From the NCBI GenBank assembly GCA_002269645.1, contig NIVC01000037.1:1273121-1337120 (forward strand): a DNA stretch of 64,000 nt, read 5' to 3'. This document shows positions 47,001 through 60,205 of this stretch, piece after piece. Under the pieces are notes generated by a model that had not been told where the DNA came from, searched no databases, and worked only from the letters and a program-made list of their open reading frames with translations. Each line of letters opens with the position of its first letter. The first letter of the stretch is position 1. Source of the stretch: Macrostomum lignano. Its lineage: Eukaryota. Both the position numbers and the translations under genes were made by a program.

Positions 47001-50000
47001 ATCAGGGGATTTAGCATCAGGGATTTAGCATCAGGGGATTTAGCATCAGGGGCTTTAGCATCAGGGGATTTAGCATCAGGGGATTTAGCATCAGGGGCTT
47101 TAGCATCAGGGGCTTTAGCATCAGGGGATTTAGCATCAGGGGATTTAGCATCAGGGGATTTAGCATCAGGGGCTTTAGCATCAGGGGATTTAGCATCAGG
47201 GGATTTAGCATCAGGGGATTTAGCATCAGGGGCTTTAGCATCAGGGGATTTAGCATCAGGGGATTTAGCATCAGGGGATTTAGCATCAGGGGCTTTAGCA
47301 TCAGGGGCTTTAGCATCAGGGGATTTAGCATCAGGGGATTTAGCATCAGGGGATTTAGCATCAGGGGATTTAGCATCAGGGGATTTAGCATCAGGGGATT
47401 TAGCATCAGGGGCTTTAGCATCAGGGGCTTTAGCATCAGGGGATTTAGCATCAGGGGATTTAGCATCAGGGGATTTAGCATCAGGGGATTTAGCATCAGG
47501 GGCTTTAGCATCAGGGGCTTTAGCATCAGGGGATTTAGCATCAGGGGATTTAGCATCAGGGGATTTAGCATCAGGGGATTTAGCATCAGGGGATTTAGCA
47601 TCAGGGGATTTAGCATCAGGGGCTTTAGCATCAGGGGATTTAGCATCAGGGGATTTAGCATCAGGGGATTTAGCATCAGGGGCTTTAGCATCAGGGGATT
47701 TAGCATCAGGGGATTTAGCATCAGGGGATTTAGCATCAGGGGCTTTAGCATCAGGGGATTTAGCATCAGGGGATTTAGCATCAGGGGATTTAGCATCAGG
47801 GGCTTTAGCATCAGGGGATTTAGCATCAGGGGATTTAGCATCAGGGGATTTAGCATCAGGGGATTTAGCATCAGGGGATTTAGCATCAGGGGATTTAGCA
47901 TCAGGGGATTTAGCATCAGGGGATTTAGCATCAGGGGCTTTAGCATCAGGGGATTTAGCATCAGGGATTTAGCATCAGGGGATTTAGCATCAGGGGCTTT
48001 AGCATCAGGGGATTTAGCATCAGGGGATTTAGCATCAGGGGATTTAGCATCAGGGGCTTTAGCATCAGGGGATTTAGCATCAGGGGATTTAGCATCAGGG
48101 GATTTAGCATCAGGGGCTTTAGCATCAGGGGATTTAGCATCAGGGGATTTAGCATCAGGGGATTTAGCATCAGGGGCTTTAGCATCAGGGGATTTAGCAT
48201 CAGGGGATTTAGCATCAGGGGATTTAGCATCAGGGGATTTAGCATCAGGGGATTTAGCATCAGGGGATTTAGCATCAGGGGATTTAGCATCAGGGGATTT
48301 AGCATCAGGGGCTTTAGCATCAGGGGATTTAGCATCAGGGGATTTAGCATCAGGGGATTTAGCATCAGGGGATTTAGCATCAGGGGCTTTAGCATCAGGG
48401 GATTTAGCATCAGGGGATTTAGCATCAGGGGATTTAGCATCAGGGGATTTAGCATCAGGGGATTTAGCATCAGGGGATTTAGCATCAGGGGATTTAGCAT
48501 CAGGGGATTTAGCATCAGGGGATTTAGCATCAGGGGATTTAGCATCAGGGGATTTAGCATCAGGGGCTTTAGCATCAGGGGATTTAGCATCAGGGGATTT
48601 AGCATCAGGGGATTTAGCATCAGGGGCTTTAGCATCAGGGGATTTAGCATCAGGGGATTTAGCATCAGGGGATTTAGCATCAGGGGATTTAGCATCAGGG
48701 GATTTAGCATCAGGGGATTTAGCATCAGGGGATTTAGCATCAGGGGCTTTAGCATCAGGGGATTTAGCATCAGGGGATTTAGCATCAGGGGATTTAGCAT
48801 CAGGGGATTTAGCATCAGGGGATTTAGCATCAGGGGATTTAGCATCAGGGGATTTAGCATCAGGGGATTTAGCATCAGGGGATTTAGCATCAGGGGCTTT
48901 AGCATCAGGGGATTTAGCATCAGGGGATTTAGCATCAGGGGATTTAGCATCAGGGGATTTAGCATCAGGGGATTTAGCATCAGGGGATTTAGCATCAGGG
49001 GATTTAGCATCAGGGGATTTAGCATCAGGGGATTTAGCATCAGGGGATTTAGCATCAGGGGATTTAGCATCAGGGGCTTTAGCATCAGGGGATTTAGCAT
49101 CAGGGGATTTAGCATCAGGGGATTTAGCATCAGGGGATTTAGCATCAGGGGATTTAGCATCAGGGGATTTAGCATCAGGGGATTTAGCATCAGGGGCTTT
49201 AGCATCAGGGGATTTAGCATCAGGGGATTTAGCATCAGGGGATTTAGCATCAGGGGATTTAGCATCAGGGGCTTTAGCATCAGGGGATTTAGCATCAGGG
49301 GATTTAGCATCAGGGGATTTAGCATCAGGGGATTTAGCATCAGGGGATTTAGCATCAGGGGATTTAGCATCAGGGGATTTAGCATCAGGGGATTTAGCAT
49401 CAGGGGATTTAGCATCAGGGGATTTAGCATCAGGGGATTTAGCATCAGGGGCTTTAGCATCAGGGGATTTAGCATCAGGGGATTTAGCATCAGGGGATTT
49501 AGCATCAGGGGATTTAGCATCAGGGGATTTAGCATCAGGGGATTTAGCATCAGGGGCTTTAGCATCAGGGGATTTAGCATCAGGGGCTTTAGCATCAGGG
49601 GATTTAGCATCAGGGGATTTAGCATCAGGGGATTTAGCATCAGGGGATTTAGCATCAGGGGATTTAGCATCAGGGGATTTAGCATCAGGGGCTTTAGCAT
49701 CAGGGGATTTAGCATCAGGGGCTTTAGCATCAGGGGATTTAGCATCAGGGGATTTAGCATCAGGGGATTTAGCATCAGGGGATTTAGCATCAGGGGATTT
49801 AGCATCAGGGGATTTAGCATCAGGGGATTTAGCATCAGGGGATTTAGCATCAGGGGCTTTAGCATCAGGGGATTTAGCATCAGGGGATTTAGCATCAGGG
49901 GATTTAGCATCAGGGGCTTTAGCATCAGGGGATTTAGCATCAGGGGATTTAGCATCAGGGGATTTAGCATCAGGGGATTTAGCATCAGGGGATTTAGCAT

Positions 50001-53000
50001 CAGGGGATTTAGCATCAGGGGATTTAGCATCAGGGGCTTTAGCATCAGGGGATTTAGCATCAGGGGATTTAGCATCAGGGGATTTAGCATCAGGGGCTTT
50101 AGCATCAGGGGATTTAGCATCAGGGGATTTAGCATCAGGGGATTTAGCATCAGGGGCTTTAGCATCAGGGGCTTTAGCATCAGGGGATTTAGCATCAGGG
50201 GATTTAGCATCAGGGGATTTAGCATCAGGGGCTTTAGCATCAGGGGATTTAGCATCAGGGGATTTAGCATCAGGGGATTTAGCATCAGGGGATTTAGCAT
50301 CAGGGGATTTAGCATCAGGGGATTTAGCATCAGGGGATTTAGCATCAGGGGATTTAGCATCAGGGGATTTAGCATCAGGGGATTTAGCATCAGGGGCTTT
50401 AGCATCAGGGGATTTAGCATCAGGGGATTTAGCATCAGGGGATTTAGCATCAGGGGATTTAGCATCAGGGGATTTAGCATCAGGGGATTTAGCATCAGGG
50501 GATTTAGCATCAGGGGATTTAGCATCAGGGGATTTAGCATCAGGGGATTTAGCATCAGGGGATTTAGCATCAGGGGCTTTAGCATCAGGGGATTTAGCAT
50601 CAGGGGCTTTAGCATCAGGGGATTTAGCATCAGGGGCTTTAGCATCAGGGGATTTAGCATCAGGGGATTTAGCATCAGGGGATTTAGCATCAGGGGATTT
50701 AGCATCAGGGGCTTTAGCATCAGGGGATTTAGCATCAGGGGATTTAGCATCAGGGGATTTAGCATCAGGGGATTTAGCATCAGGGGATTTAGCATCAGGG
50801 GATTTAGCATCAGGGGATTTAGCATCAGGGGATTTAGCATCAGGGGATTTAGCATCAGGGGATTTAGCATCAGGGGATTTAGCATCAGGGGCTTTAGCAT
50901 CAGGGGATTTAGCATCAGGGGATTTAGCATCAGGGGATTTAGCATCAGGGGATTTAGCATCAGGGGATTTAGCATCAGGGGATTTAGCATCAGGGGATTT
51001 AGCATCAGGGGATTTAGCATCAGGGGATTTAGCATCAGGGGATTTAGCATCAGGGGATTTAGCATCAGGGGATTTAGCATCAGGGGCTTTAGCATCAGGG
51101 GATTTAGCATCAGGGGCTTTAGCATCAGGGGATTTAGCATCAGGGGATTTAGCATCAGGGGATTTAGCATCAGGGGATTTAGCATCAGGGGATTTAGCAT
51201 CAGGGGATTTAGCATCAGGGGATTTAGCATCAGGGGATTTAGCATCAGGGGATTTAGCATCAGGGGATTTAGCATCAGGGGATTTAGCATCAGGGGATTT
51301 AGCATCAGGGGATTTAGCATCAGGGGATTTAGCATCAGGGGATTTAGCATCAGGGGATTTAGCATCAGGGGATTTAGCATCAGGGGATTTAGCATCAGGG
51401 GATTTAGCATCAGGGGATTTAGCATCAGGGGATTTAGCATCAGGGGATTTAGCATCAGGGGATTTAGCATCAGGGGATTTAGCATCAGGGGATTTAGCAT
51501 CAGGGGATTTAGCATCAGGGGATTTAGCATCAGGGGATTTAGCATCAGGGGATTTAGCATCAGGGGATTTAGCATCAGGGGATTTAGCATCAGGGGATTT
51601 AGCATCAGGGGATTTAGCATCAGGGGCTTTAGCATCAGGGGCTTTAGCATCAGGGGATTTAGCATCAGGGGATTTAGCATCAGGGGATTTAGCATCAGGG
51701 GATTTAGCATCAGGGGATTTAGCATCAGGGGATTTAGCATCAGGGGATTTAGCATCAGGGGATTTAGCATCAGGGGATTTAGCATCAGGGGATTTAGCAT
51801 CAGGGGATTTAGCATCAGGGGATTTAGCATCAGGGGATTTAGCATCAGGGGATTTAGCATCAGGGGATTTAGCATCAGGGGATTTAGCATCAGGGGATTT
51901 AGCATCAGGGGATTTAGCATCAGGGGATTTAGCATCAGGGGATTTAGCATCAGGGGATTTAGCATCAGGGGATTTAGCATCAGGGGATTTAGCATCAGGG
52001 GATTTAGCATCAGGGGATTTAGCATCAGGGGATTTAGCATCAGGGGATTTAGCATCAGGGGATTTAGCATCAGGGGATTTAGCATCAGGGGATTTAGCAT
52101 CAGGGGATTTAGCATCAGGGGATTTAGCATCAGGGGATTTAGCATCAGGGGATTTAGCATCAGGGGATTTAGCATCAGGGGATTTAGCATCAGGGGATTT
52201 AGCATCAGGGGATTTAGCATCAGGGGATTTAGCATCAGGGGATTTAGCATCAGGGGATTTAGCATCAGGGGATTTAGCATCAGGGGATTTAGCATCAGGG
52301 GATTTAGCATCAGGGGATTTAGCATCAGGGGATTTAGCATCAGGGGATTTAGCATCAGGGGATTTAGCATCAGGGGATTTAGCATCAGGGGATTTAGCAT
52401 CAGGGGATTTAGCATCAGGGGATTTAGCATCAGGGGATTTAGCATCAGGGGATTTAGCATCAGGGGATTTAGCATCAGGGGATTTAGCATCAGGGGATTT
52501 AGCATCAGGGGATTTAGCATCAGGGGATTTAGCATCAGGGGATTTAGCATCAGGGGATTTAGCATCAGGGGATTTAGCATCAGGGGATTTAGCATCAGGG
52601 GATTTAGCATCAGGGGATTTAGCATCAGGGGATTTAGCATCAGGGGATTTAGCATCAGGGGATTTAGCATCAGGGGATTTAGCATCAGGGGATTTAGCAT
52701 CAGGGGATTTAGCATCAGGGGATTTAGCATCAGGGGATTTAGCATCAGGGGATTTAGCATCAGGGGATTTAGCATCAGGGGATTTAGCATCAGGGGATTT
52801 AGCATCAGGGGATTTAGCATCAGGGGATTTAGCATCAGGGGATTTAGCATCAGGGGATTTAGCATCAGGGGATTTAGCATCAGGGGATTTAGCATCAGGG
52901 GATTTAGCATCAGGGGATTTAGCATCAGGGGCTTTAGCATCAGGGGATTTAGCATCAGGGGATTTAGCATCAGGGGATTTAGCATCAGGGGATTTAGCAT

Positions 53001-56000
53001 CAGGGGATTTAGCATCAGGGGATTTAGCATCAGGGGATTTAGCATCAGGGGATTTAGCATCAGGGGATTTAGCATCAGGGGCTTTAGCATCAGGGGATTT
53101 AGCATCAGGGGATTTAGCATCAGGGGATTTAGCATCAGGGGATTTAGCATCAGGGGATTTAGCATCAGGGGATTTAGCATCAGGGGATTTAGCATCAGGG
53201 GATTTAGCATCAGGGGATTTAGCATCAGGGGATTTAGCATCAGGGGATTTAGCATCAGGGGATTTAGCATCAGGGGATTTAGCATCAGGGGATTTAGCAT
53301 CAGGGGATTTAGCATCAGGGGATTTAGCATCAGGGGATTTAGCATCAGGGGATTTAGCATCAGGGGATTTAGCATCAGGGGATTTAGCATCAGGGGATTT
53401 AGCATCAGGGGATTTAGCATCAGGGGATTTAGCATCAGGGGATTTAGCATCAGGGGATTTAGCATCAGGGGATTTAGCATCAGGGGATTTAGCATCAGGG
53501 GATTTAGCATCAGGGGATTTAGCATCAGGGGATTTAGCATCAGGGGATTTAGCATCAGGGGATTTAGCATCAGGGGATTTAGCATCAGGGGATTTAGCAT
53601 CAGGGGATTTAGCATCAGGGGATTTAGCATCAGGGGATTTAGCATCAGGGGATTTAGCATCAGGGGATTTAGCATCAGGGGATTTAGCATCAGGGGATTT
53701 AGCATCAGGGGCTTTAGCATCAGGGGCTTTAGCATCAGGGGATTTAGCATCAGGGGATTTAGCATCAGGGGATTTAGCATCAGGGGCTTTAGCATCAGGG
53801 GATTTAGCATCAGGGGATTTAGCATCAGGGGCTTTAGCATCAGGGGCTTTAGCATCAGGGGATTTAGCATCAGGGGCTTTAGCATCAGGGGCTTTAGCAT
53901 CAGGGGATTTAGCATCAGGGGATTTAGCATCAGGGGATTTAGCATCAGGGGATTTAGCATCAGGGGATTTAGCATCAGGGGATTTAGCATCAGGGGATTT
54001 AGCATCAGGGGCTTTAGCATCAGGGGATTTAGCATCAGGGGCTTTAGCATCAGGGGCTTTAGCATCAGGGGATTTAGCATCAGGGGATTTAGCATCAGGG
54101 GCTTTAGCATCAGGGGCTTTAGCATCAGGGGATTTAGCATCAGGGGATTTAGCATCAGGGGATTTAGCATCAGGGGCTTTAGCATCAGGGGATTTAGCAT
54201 CAGGGGATTTAGCATCAGGGGATTTAGCATCAGGGGATTTAGCATCAGGGATTTAGCATCAGGGGATTTAGCATCAGGGGCTTTAGCATCAGGGGATTTA
54301 GCATCAGGGGATTTAGCATCAGGGGCTTTAGCATCAGGGGCTTTAGCATCAGGGGATTTAGCATCAGGGGCTTTAGCATCAGGGGATTTAGCATCAGGGG
54401 CTTTAGCATCAGGGGATTTAGCATCAGGGGATTTAGCATCAGGGGATTTAGCATCAGGGGATTTAGCATCAGGGGATTTAGCATCAGGGGATTTAGCATC
54501 AGGGGCTTTAGCATCAGGGGCTTTAGCATCAGGGGATTTAGCATCAGGGGATTTAGCATCAGGGGATTTAGCATCAGGGGATTTAGCATCAGGGGCTTTA
54601 GCATCAGGGGATTTAGCATCAGGGGATTTAGCATCAGGGGATTTAGCATCAGGGGATTTAGCATCAGGGGATTTAGCATCAGGGGATTTAGCATCAGGGG
54701 CTTTAGCATCAGGGGATTTAGCATCAGGGGCTTTAGCATCAGGGGATTTAGCATCAGGGGATTTAGCATCAGGGGATTTAGCATCAGGGGCTTTAGCATC
54801 AGGGGATTTAGCATCAGGGGCTTTAGCATCAGGGGATTTAGCATCAGGGGATTTAGCATCAGGGGATTTAGCATCAGGGGATTTAGCATCAGGGGATTTA
54901 GCATCAGGGATTTAGCATCAGGGGATTTAGCATCAGGGGATTTAGCATCAGGGGATTTAGCATCAGGGGCTTTAGCATCAGGGGATTTAGCATCAGGGGC
55001 TTTAGCATCAGGGGCTTTAGCATCAGGGGATTTAGCATCAGGGGATTTAGCATCAGGGGATTTAGCATCAGGGGATTTAGCATCAGGGGATTTAGCATCA
55101 GGGGATTTAGCATCAGGGGATTTAGCATCAGGGGATTTAGCATCAGGGGATTTAGCATCAGGGGATTTAGCATCAGGGGATTTAGCATCAGGGGCTTTAG
55201 CATCAGGGGATTTAGCATCAGGGGATTTAGCATCAGGGGATTTAGCATCAGGGGATTTAGCATCAGGGGATTTAGCATCAGGGGATTTAGCATCAGGGGA
55301 TTTAGCATCAGGGGATTTAGCATCAGGGGCTTTAGCATCAGGGGATTTAGCATCAGGGGATTTAGCATCAGGGGATTTAGCATCAGGGGATTTAGCATCA
55401 GGGGATTTAGCATCAGGGGATTTAGCATCAGGGGATTTAGCATCAGGGGCTTTAGCATCAGGGGATTTAGCATCAGGGGCTTTAGCATCAGGGGCTTTAG
55501 CATCAGGGGCTTTAGCATCAGGGGATTTAGCATCAAGGGATTTAGCATCAGGGGATTTAGCATCAGGGGCTTTAGCATCAGGGGATTTAGCATCAGGGGA
55601 TTTAGCATCAGGGGATTTAGCATCAGGGGATTTAGCATCAGGGGATTTAGCATCAGGGGATTTAGCATCAGGGGATTTAGCATCAGGGGATTTAGCATCA
55701 GGGGATTTAGCATCAGGGGATTTAGCATCAGGGGATTTAGCATCAGGGGATTTAGCATCAGGGGATTTAGCATCAGGGGATTTAGCATCAGGGGATTTAG
55801 CATCAGGGGATTTAGCATCAGGGGATTTAGCATCAGGGGCTTTAGCATCAGGGGCTTTAGCATCAGGGGATTTAGCATCAGGGGCTTTAGCATCAGGGGA
55901 TTTAGCATCAGGGATTTAGCATCAGGGGATTTAGCATCAGGGGATTTAGCATCAGGGGATTTAGCATCAGGGGATTTAGCATCAGGGGCTTTAGCATCAG

Positions 56001-58780
56001 GGGCTTTAGCATCAGGGGATTTAGCATCAGGGGATTTAGCATCAGGGATTTAGCATCAGGGGATTTAGCATCAGGGGCTTTAGCATCAGGGGATTTAGCA
56101 TCAGGGGATTTAGCATCAGGGGATTTAGCATCAGGGGCTTTAGCATCAGGGGCTTTAGCATCAGGGATTTAGCATCAGGGATTTAGCATCAGGGGATTTA
56201 GCATCAGGGGCTTTAGCATCAGGGGATTTAGCATCAGGGGATTTAGCATCAGGGGCTTTAGCATCAGGGGATTTAGCATCAGGGATTTAGCATCAGGGGC
56301 TTTAGCATCAGGGGATTTAGCATCAGGGGATTTAGCATCAGGGGATTTAGCATCAGGGGCTTTAGCATCAGGGGATTTAGCATCAGGGGATTTAGCATCA
56401 GGGGATTTAGCATCAGGGGATTTAGCATCAGGGGCTTTAGCATCAGGGGATTTAGCATCAGGGGCTTTAGCATCAGGGGCTTTAGCATCAGGGGATTTAG
56501 CATCAGGGGATTTAGCATCAGGGGATTTAGCATCAGGGGATTTAGCATCAGGGGCTTTAGCATCAGGGGATTTAGCATCAGGGGATTTAGCATCAGGGGC
56601 TTTAGCATCAGGGATTTAGCATCAGGGGATTTAGCATCAGGGGCTTTAGCATCAGGGGATTTAGCATCAGGGATTTAGCATCAGGGGATTTAGCATCAGG
56701 GGATTTAGCATCAGGGGATTTAGCATCAGGGGATTTAGCATCAGGGGATTTAGCATCAGGGGATTTAGCATCAGGGGATTTAGCATCAGGGGCTTTAGCA
56801 TCAGGGGCTTTAGCATCAGGGGATTTAGCATCAGGGGCTTTAGCATCAGGGGATTTAGCATCAGGGATTTAGCATCAGGGGATTTAGCATCAGGGGATTT
56901 AGCATCAGGGGCTTTAGCATCAGGGGATTTAGCATCAGGGGATTTAGCATCAGGGGCTTTAGCATCAGGGGCTTTAGCATCAGGGGATTTAGCATCAGGG
57001 ATTTAGCATCAGGGGATTTAGCATCAGGGGCTTTAGCATCAGGGGATTTAGCATCAGGGGATTTAGCATCAGGGGATTTAGCATCAGGGGCTTTAGCATC
57101 AGGGGATTTAGCATCAGGGGATTTAGCATCAGGGGATTTAGCATCAGGGGATTTAGCATCAGGGGATTTAGCATCAGGGATTTAGCATCAGGGGATTTAG
57201 CATCAGGGGATTTAGCATCAGGGGCTTTAGCATCAGGGGCTTTAGCATCAGGGGATTTAGCATCAGGGATTTAGCATCAGGGGATTTAGCATCAGGGGCT
57301 TTAGCATCAGGGGATTTAGCATCAGGGGATTTAGCATCAGGGGCTTTAGCATCAGGGGATTTAGCATCAGGGATTTAGCATCAGGGGCTTTAGCATCAGG
57401 GGATTTAGCATCAGGGGATTTAGCATCAGGGGATTTAGCATCAGGGGATTTAGCATCAGGGGATTTAGCATCAGGGGATTTAGCATCAGGGGATTTAGCA
57501 TCAGGGGATTTAGCATCAGGGGATTTAGCATCAGGGGATTTAGCATCAGGGGCTTTAGCATCAGGGGATTTAGCATCAGGGGATTTAGCATCAGAGGATT
57601 TAGCATCAGGGGATTTAGCATCAGGGGATTTAGCATCAGGGGCTTTAGCATCAGGGGATTTAGCATCAGGGGATTTAGCATCAGGGGCTTTAGCATCAGG
57701 GTCTTTAGCATCAGGGGATTTAGCATCAGGGGCTTTAGCATCAGGGGATTTAGCATCAGGGGCTTTAGCATCAGGGGATTTAGCATCAGGGGCTTTAGCA
57801 TCAGGGGCTTTAGCATCAGGGGCTTTAGCATCAGGGGATTTAGCATCAGGGGATTTAGCATCAGGGGATTTAGCATCAGGGGATTTAGCATCAGGGGATT
57901 TAGCATCAGGGGATTTAGCATCAGGGGCTTTAGCATCAGGGGCTTTAGCATCAGGGGCTTTAGCATCAGGGGATTTAGCATCAGGGGATTTAGCATCAGG
58001 GGATTTAGCATCAGGGGATTTAGCATCAGGGGCTTTAGCATCAGGGGATTTAGCATCAGGGGATTTAGCATCAGGGGATTTAGCATCAGGGGCTTTAGCA
58101 TCAGGGGATTTAGCATCAGGGGATTTAGCATCAGGGGCTTTAGCATCAGGGGATTTAGCATCAGGGGATTTAGCATCAGGGGCTTTAGCATCAGGGGCTT
58201 TAGCATAAGGGGATTTAGCATCAGGGGATTTAGCATCAGGAGCTTTAGCATCAGGGGATTTAGCATCAAGGGATTTAGCATCAGGGGCTTTAGCATCAGG
58301 GGATTTAGCATCAGGGGATTTAGCATCAGGGGCTTTAGCATCAGGGGCTTTAGCATCAGGGGATTTAGCATCAGGGGCTTTAGCATGGGGCTTTAGCATC
58401 AGGGGCTTTAGCATCAGGGGATTTAGCATCAGGGGATTTAGCATCAGGGGATTTAGCATCAAGGGATTTAGCATCAGGGGCTTTAGCATCAGGGGCTTTA
58501 GCATCAGGGGATTTAGCATCAGGGGATTTAGCATCAGGGGCTTTAGCATCAGGGGATTTAGCATCAGGGGCTTTAGCATCAGGGGCTTTAGCATCAAGGG
58601 CTTTAGCATCAGGGGCTTTAGCATCAGGGGCTTTAGCATCAGGGGCTTTAGCACCAGGGGCTTTAGCATCAGGGGATTTAGCATCAGGGGCTTTAGCACC
58701 AGGGGATTTAGCATCAGGGGATTTAGCATCAGGGGATTTAGCATCAGGGGATTTAGCACCAGGGGATTTAGCATCAGGGG
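41052..58780. repeat. Giant 15-bp tandem array TTTAGCATCAGGGG[A/C], about 17.7 kb, about 1,180 units
   Basis: Direct reading; two main variants, about 19 units lacking one G, rare substitutions concentrated at 57.6-58.8 kb. Confidence 0.99.
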
Positions 58781-59095
58781 CGCCAGCACCAGGGGCGCCA
58801 GCACCAGGGGCCAGCACCAGGGCGCCAGCACCAGGGCGCCAGCACCAGGGCGCCAGCACCAGGGCGCCAGCACCAGGGGCGCCAGCACCAGGGGCGCCAG
58901 CACCAGGGGCGCCAGCACCAGGGGCGCCAGCACCAGGGGCGCCAGCACCAGGGGCGCCAGCACCAGGGGCGCCAGCACCAGGGGCGCCAGCACCAGGGGC
59001 GCCAGCACCAGGGGCGCCAGCACCAGGGGCGCCAGCACCGGGAAACAACGGTGATCCCCATTGCCAATCAAAAATATCTACTCTGACGAGGCAAA
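41058..59095 (-). other. Hypothetical giant repetitive exon encoding (PGAGA)n-(PDAK[S/A])n; unproven
   Basis: Stop-free frame between single-G deletions; in-frame TGA at 41058-41060 right at the array end; AATAAA (minus) at 40923-40928; candidate acceptor ttcag| ending at 59096. Confidence 0.3.
58777..59040. repeat. Related 15-bp sub-array GGGGCGCCAGCACCA, about 18 units, contiguous with the giant array
   Basis: Direct reading; shares AGCA[T/C]CAGGGG with the main unit. Confidence 0.97.
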
Positions 59096-59636
59096 CTGAA
59101 TAGTATAACTTTTTAACTTATCGAGTTGATGAAGCACTGATTCAACACACTAGTTTACACTGCTTTGGAAGGCTCCTTCCAAATAAGGCCAGTCCAGAGG
59201 CCTTTAAGAGGCCCATGATTCATACTTGAAACCATCAGCTTTGTGCGATGGTGTTGTATTTCAACTGGGAACAGGAGCCAGCCCAGTGCCAAAAAACAAT
59301 GATTAACTGGACCCCAATACTTTTCGTCATGCAGAGCTGCGTTATAACTTAATTTTGGTTACTTTTATTATTTTTTCTCAGCCATTTATTAAACTCTGCA
59401 AACTGCCTGCATTATAGAAGTTTTGTATCGCTTTTGCATATAAGTTGCATGAATTTTCCTTCCAAAATGAAAATGTAACTTATATTGTAACTGATATTTA
59501 TTTTCTTTATTATAATAGCTGGCTCAGTTGAACTGGTGGCAAAAATTTATCAAATAATCTGTGGTTTTTTAATGGGGTTTCCACAGAAACAGGCGCACAC
59601 CTTTTGTTGCGGAAGATAAAGCAGATTTGGGAAATG

Positions 59637-60205
59637 TGAGAAGCTGATAAGAGTAGCTCTGGGAAGCTGATAAGAGTAGCTGTGGGAAGCTGATAAGAGT
59701 AGCTATGGGAAGCTGATAAGAGTAGCCGTGGGAAGCTGATAAGAGTAGCCGTGGGAAGCTGATAAGAGTAGCTGTGGGAAGCTGATAAGAGTAGCTCTGG
59801 GAAGCTGATAAGAGTAGCTGTGGGAAGCTGATAAGAGTAGCTGTGGGAAGCTGATAAGAGTAGCTCTGGGAAGCTGATAAGAGTAGCTGTGGGAAGCTGA
59901 TAAGAGTAGCTGTGGGAAGCTGATAAGAGTAGCCGTGGGAAGCTGATAAGAGTAGCTGTGGGAAGCTGATAAGAGTAGCTGTGGGAAGCTGATAAGAGTA
60001 GCTGTGGGAAGCTGATAAGAGTAGCCGTGGGAAGCTGATAAGAGTAGCTGTGGGAAGCTGATAAGAGTAGCTGTGGGAAGCTGATAAGAGTAGCTGTGGG
60101 AAGCTGATAAGAGTAGCTGTGGGAAGCTGATAAGAGTAGCTCTGAGAAGCTGATAAGAGTAGCAGTGGGAAGCTGATAAAAGCAGTGGGAAGCTGATAAG
60201 AGCTA
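59637..60205. repeat. 23-bp minisatellite GGGAAGCTGATAAGAGTAGCTGT, about 24 copies
   Basis: Direct reading. Confidence 0.96.

Noticed and set aside
40874-58386. Long (LMLNP/LMLKP)n ORFs of up to 2,094 aa in the track
   Set aside because: Produced by the ATG inside every 15-bp unit; an implausible hydrophobic homopolymer. If any frame is real, the PDAK[S/A] frame is the better candidate.
59235-59330. 31-codon ORF MTKSIGVQLIIVFWHWAGSCSQ... resembling a signal peptide upstream of the giant array
   Set aside because: It stops before any usable GT donor; it would need a frameshift or a weak GC donor to join the array frame.
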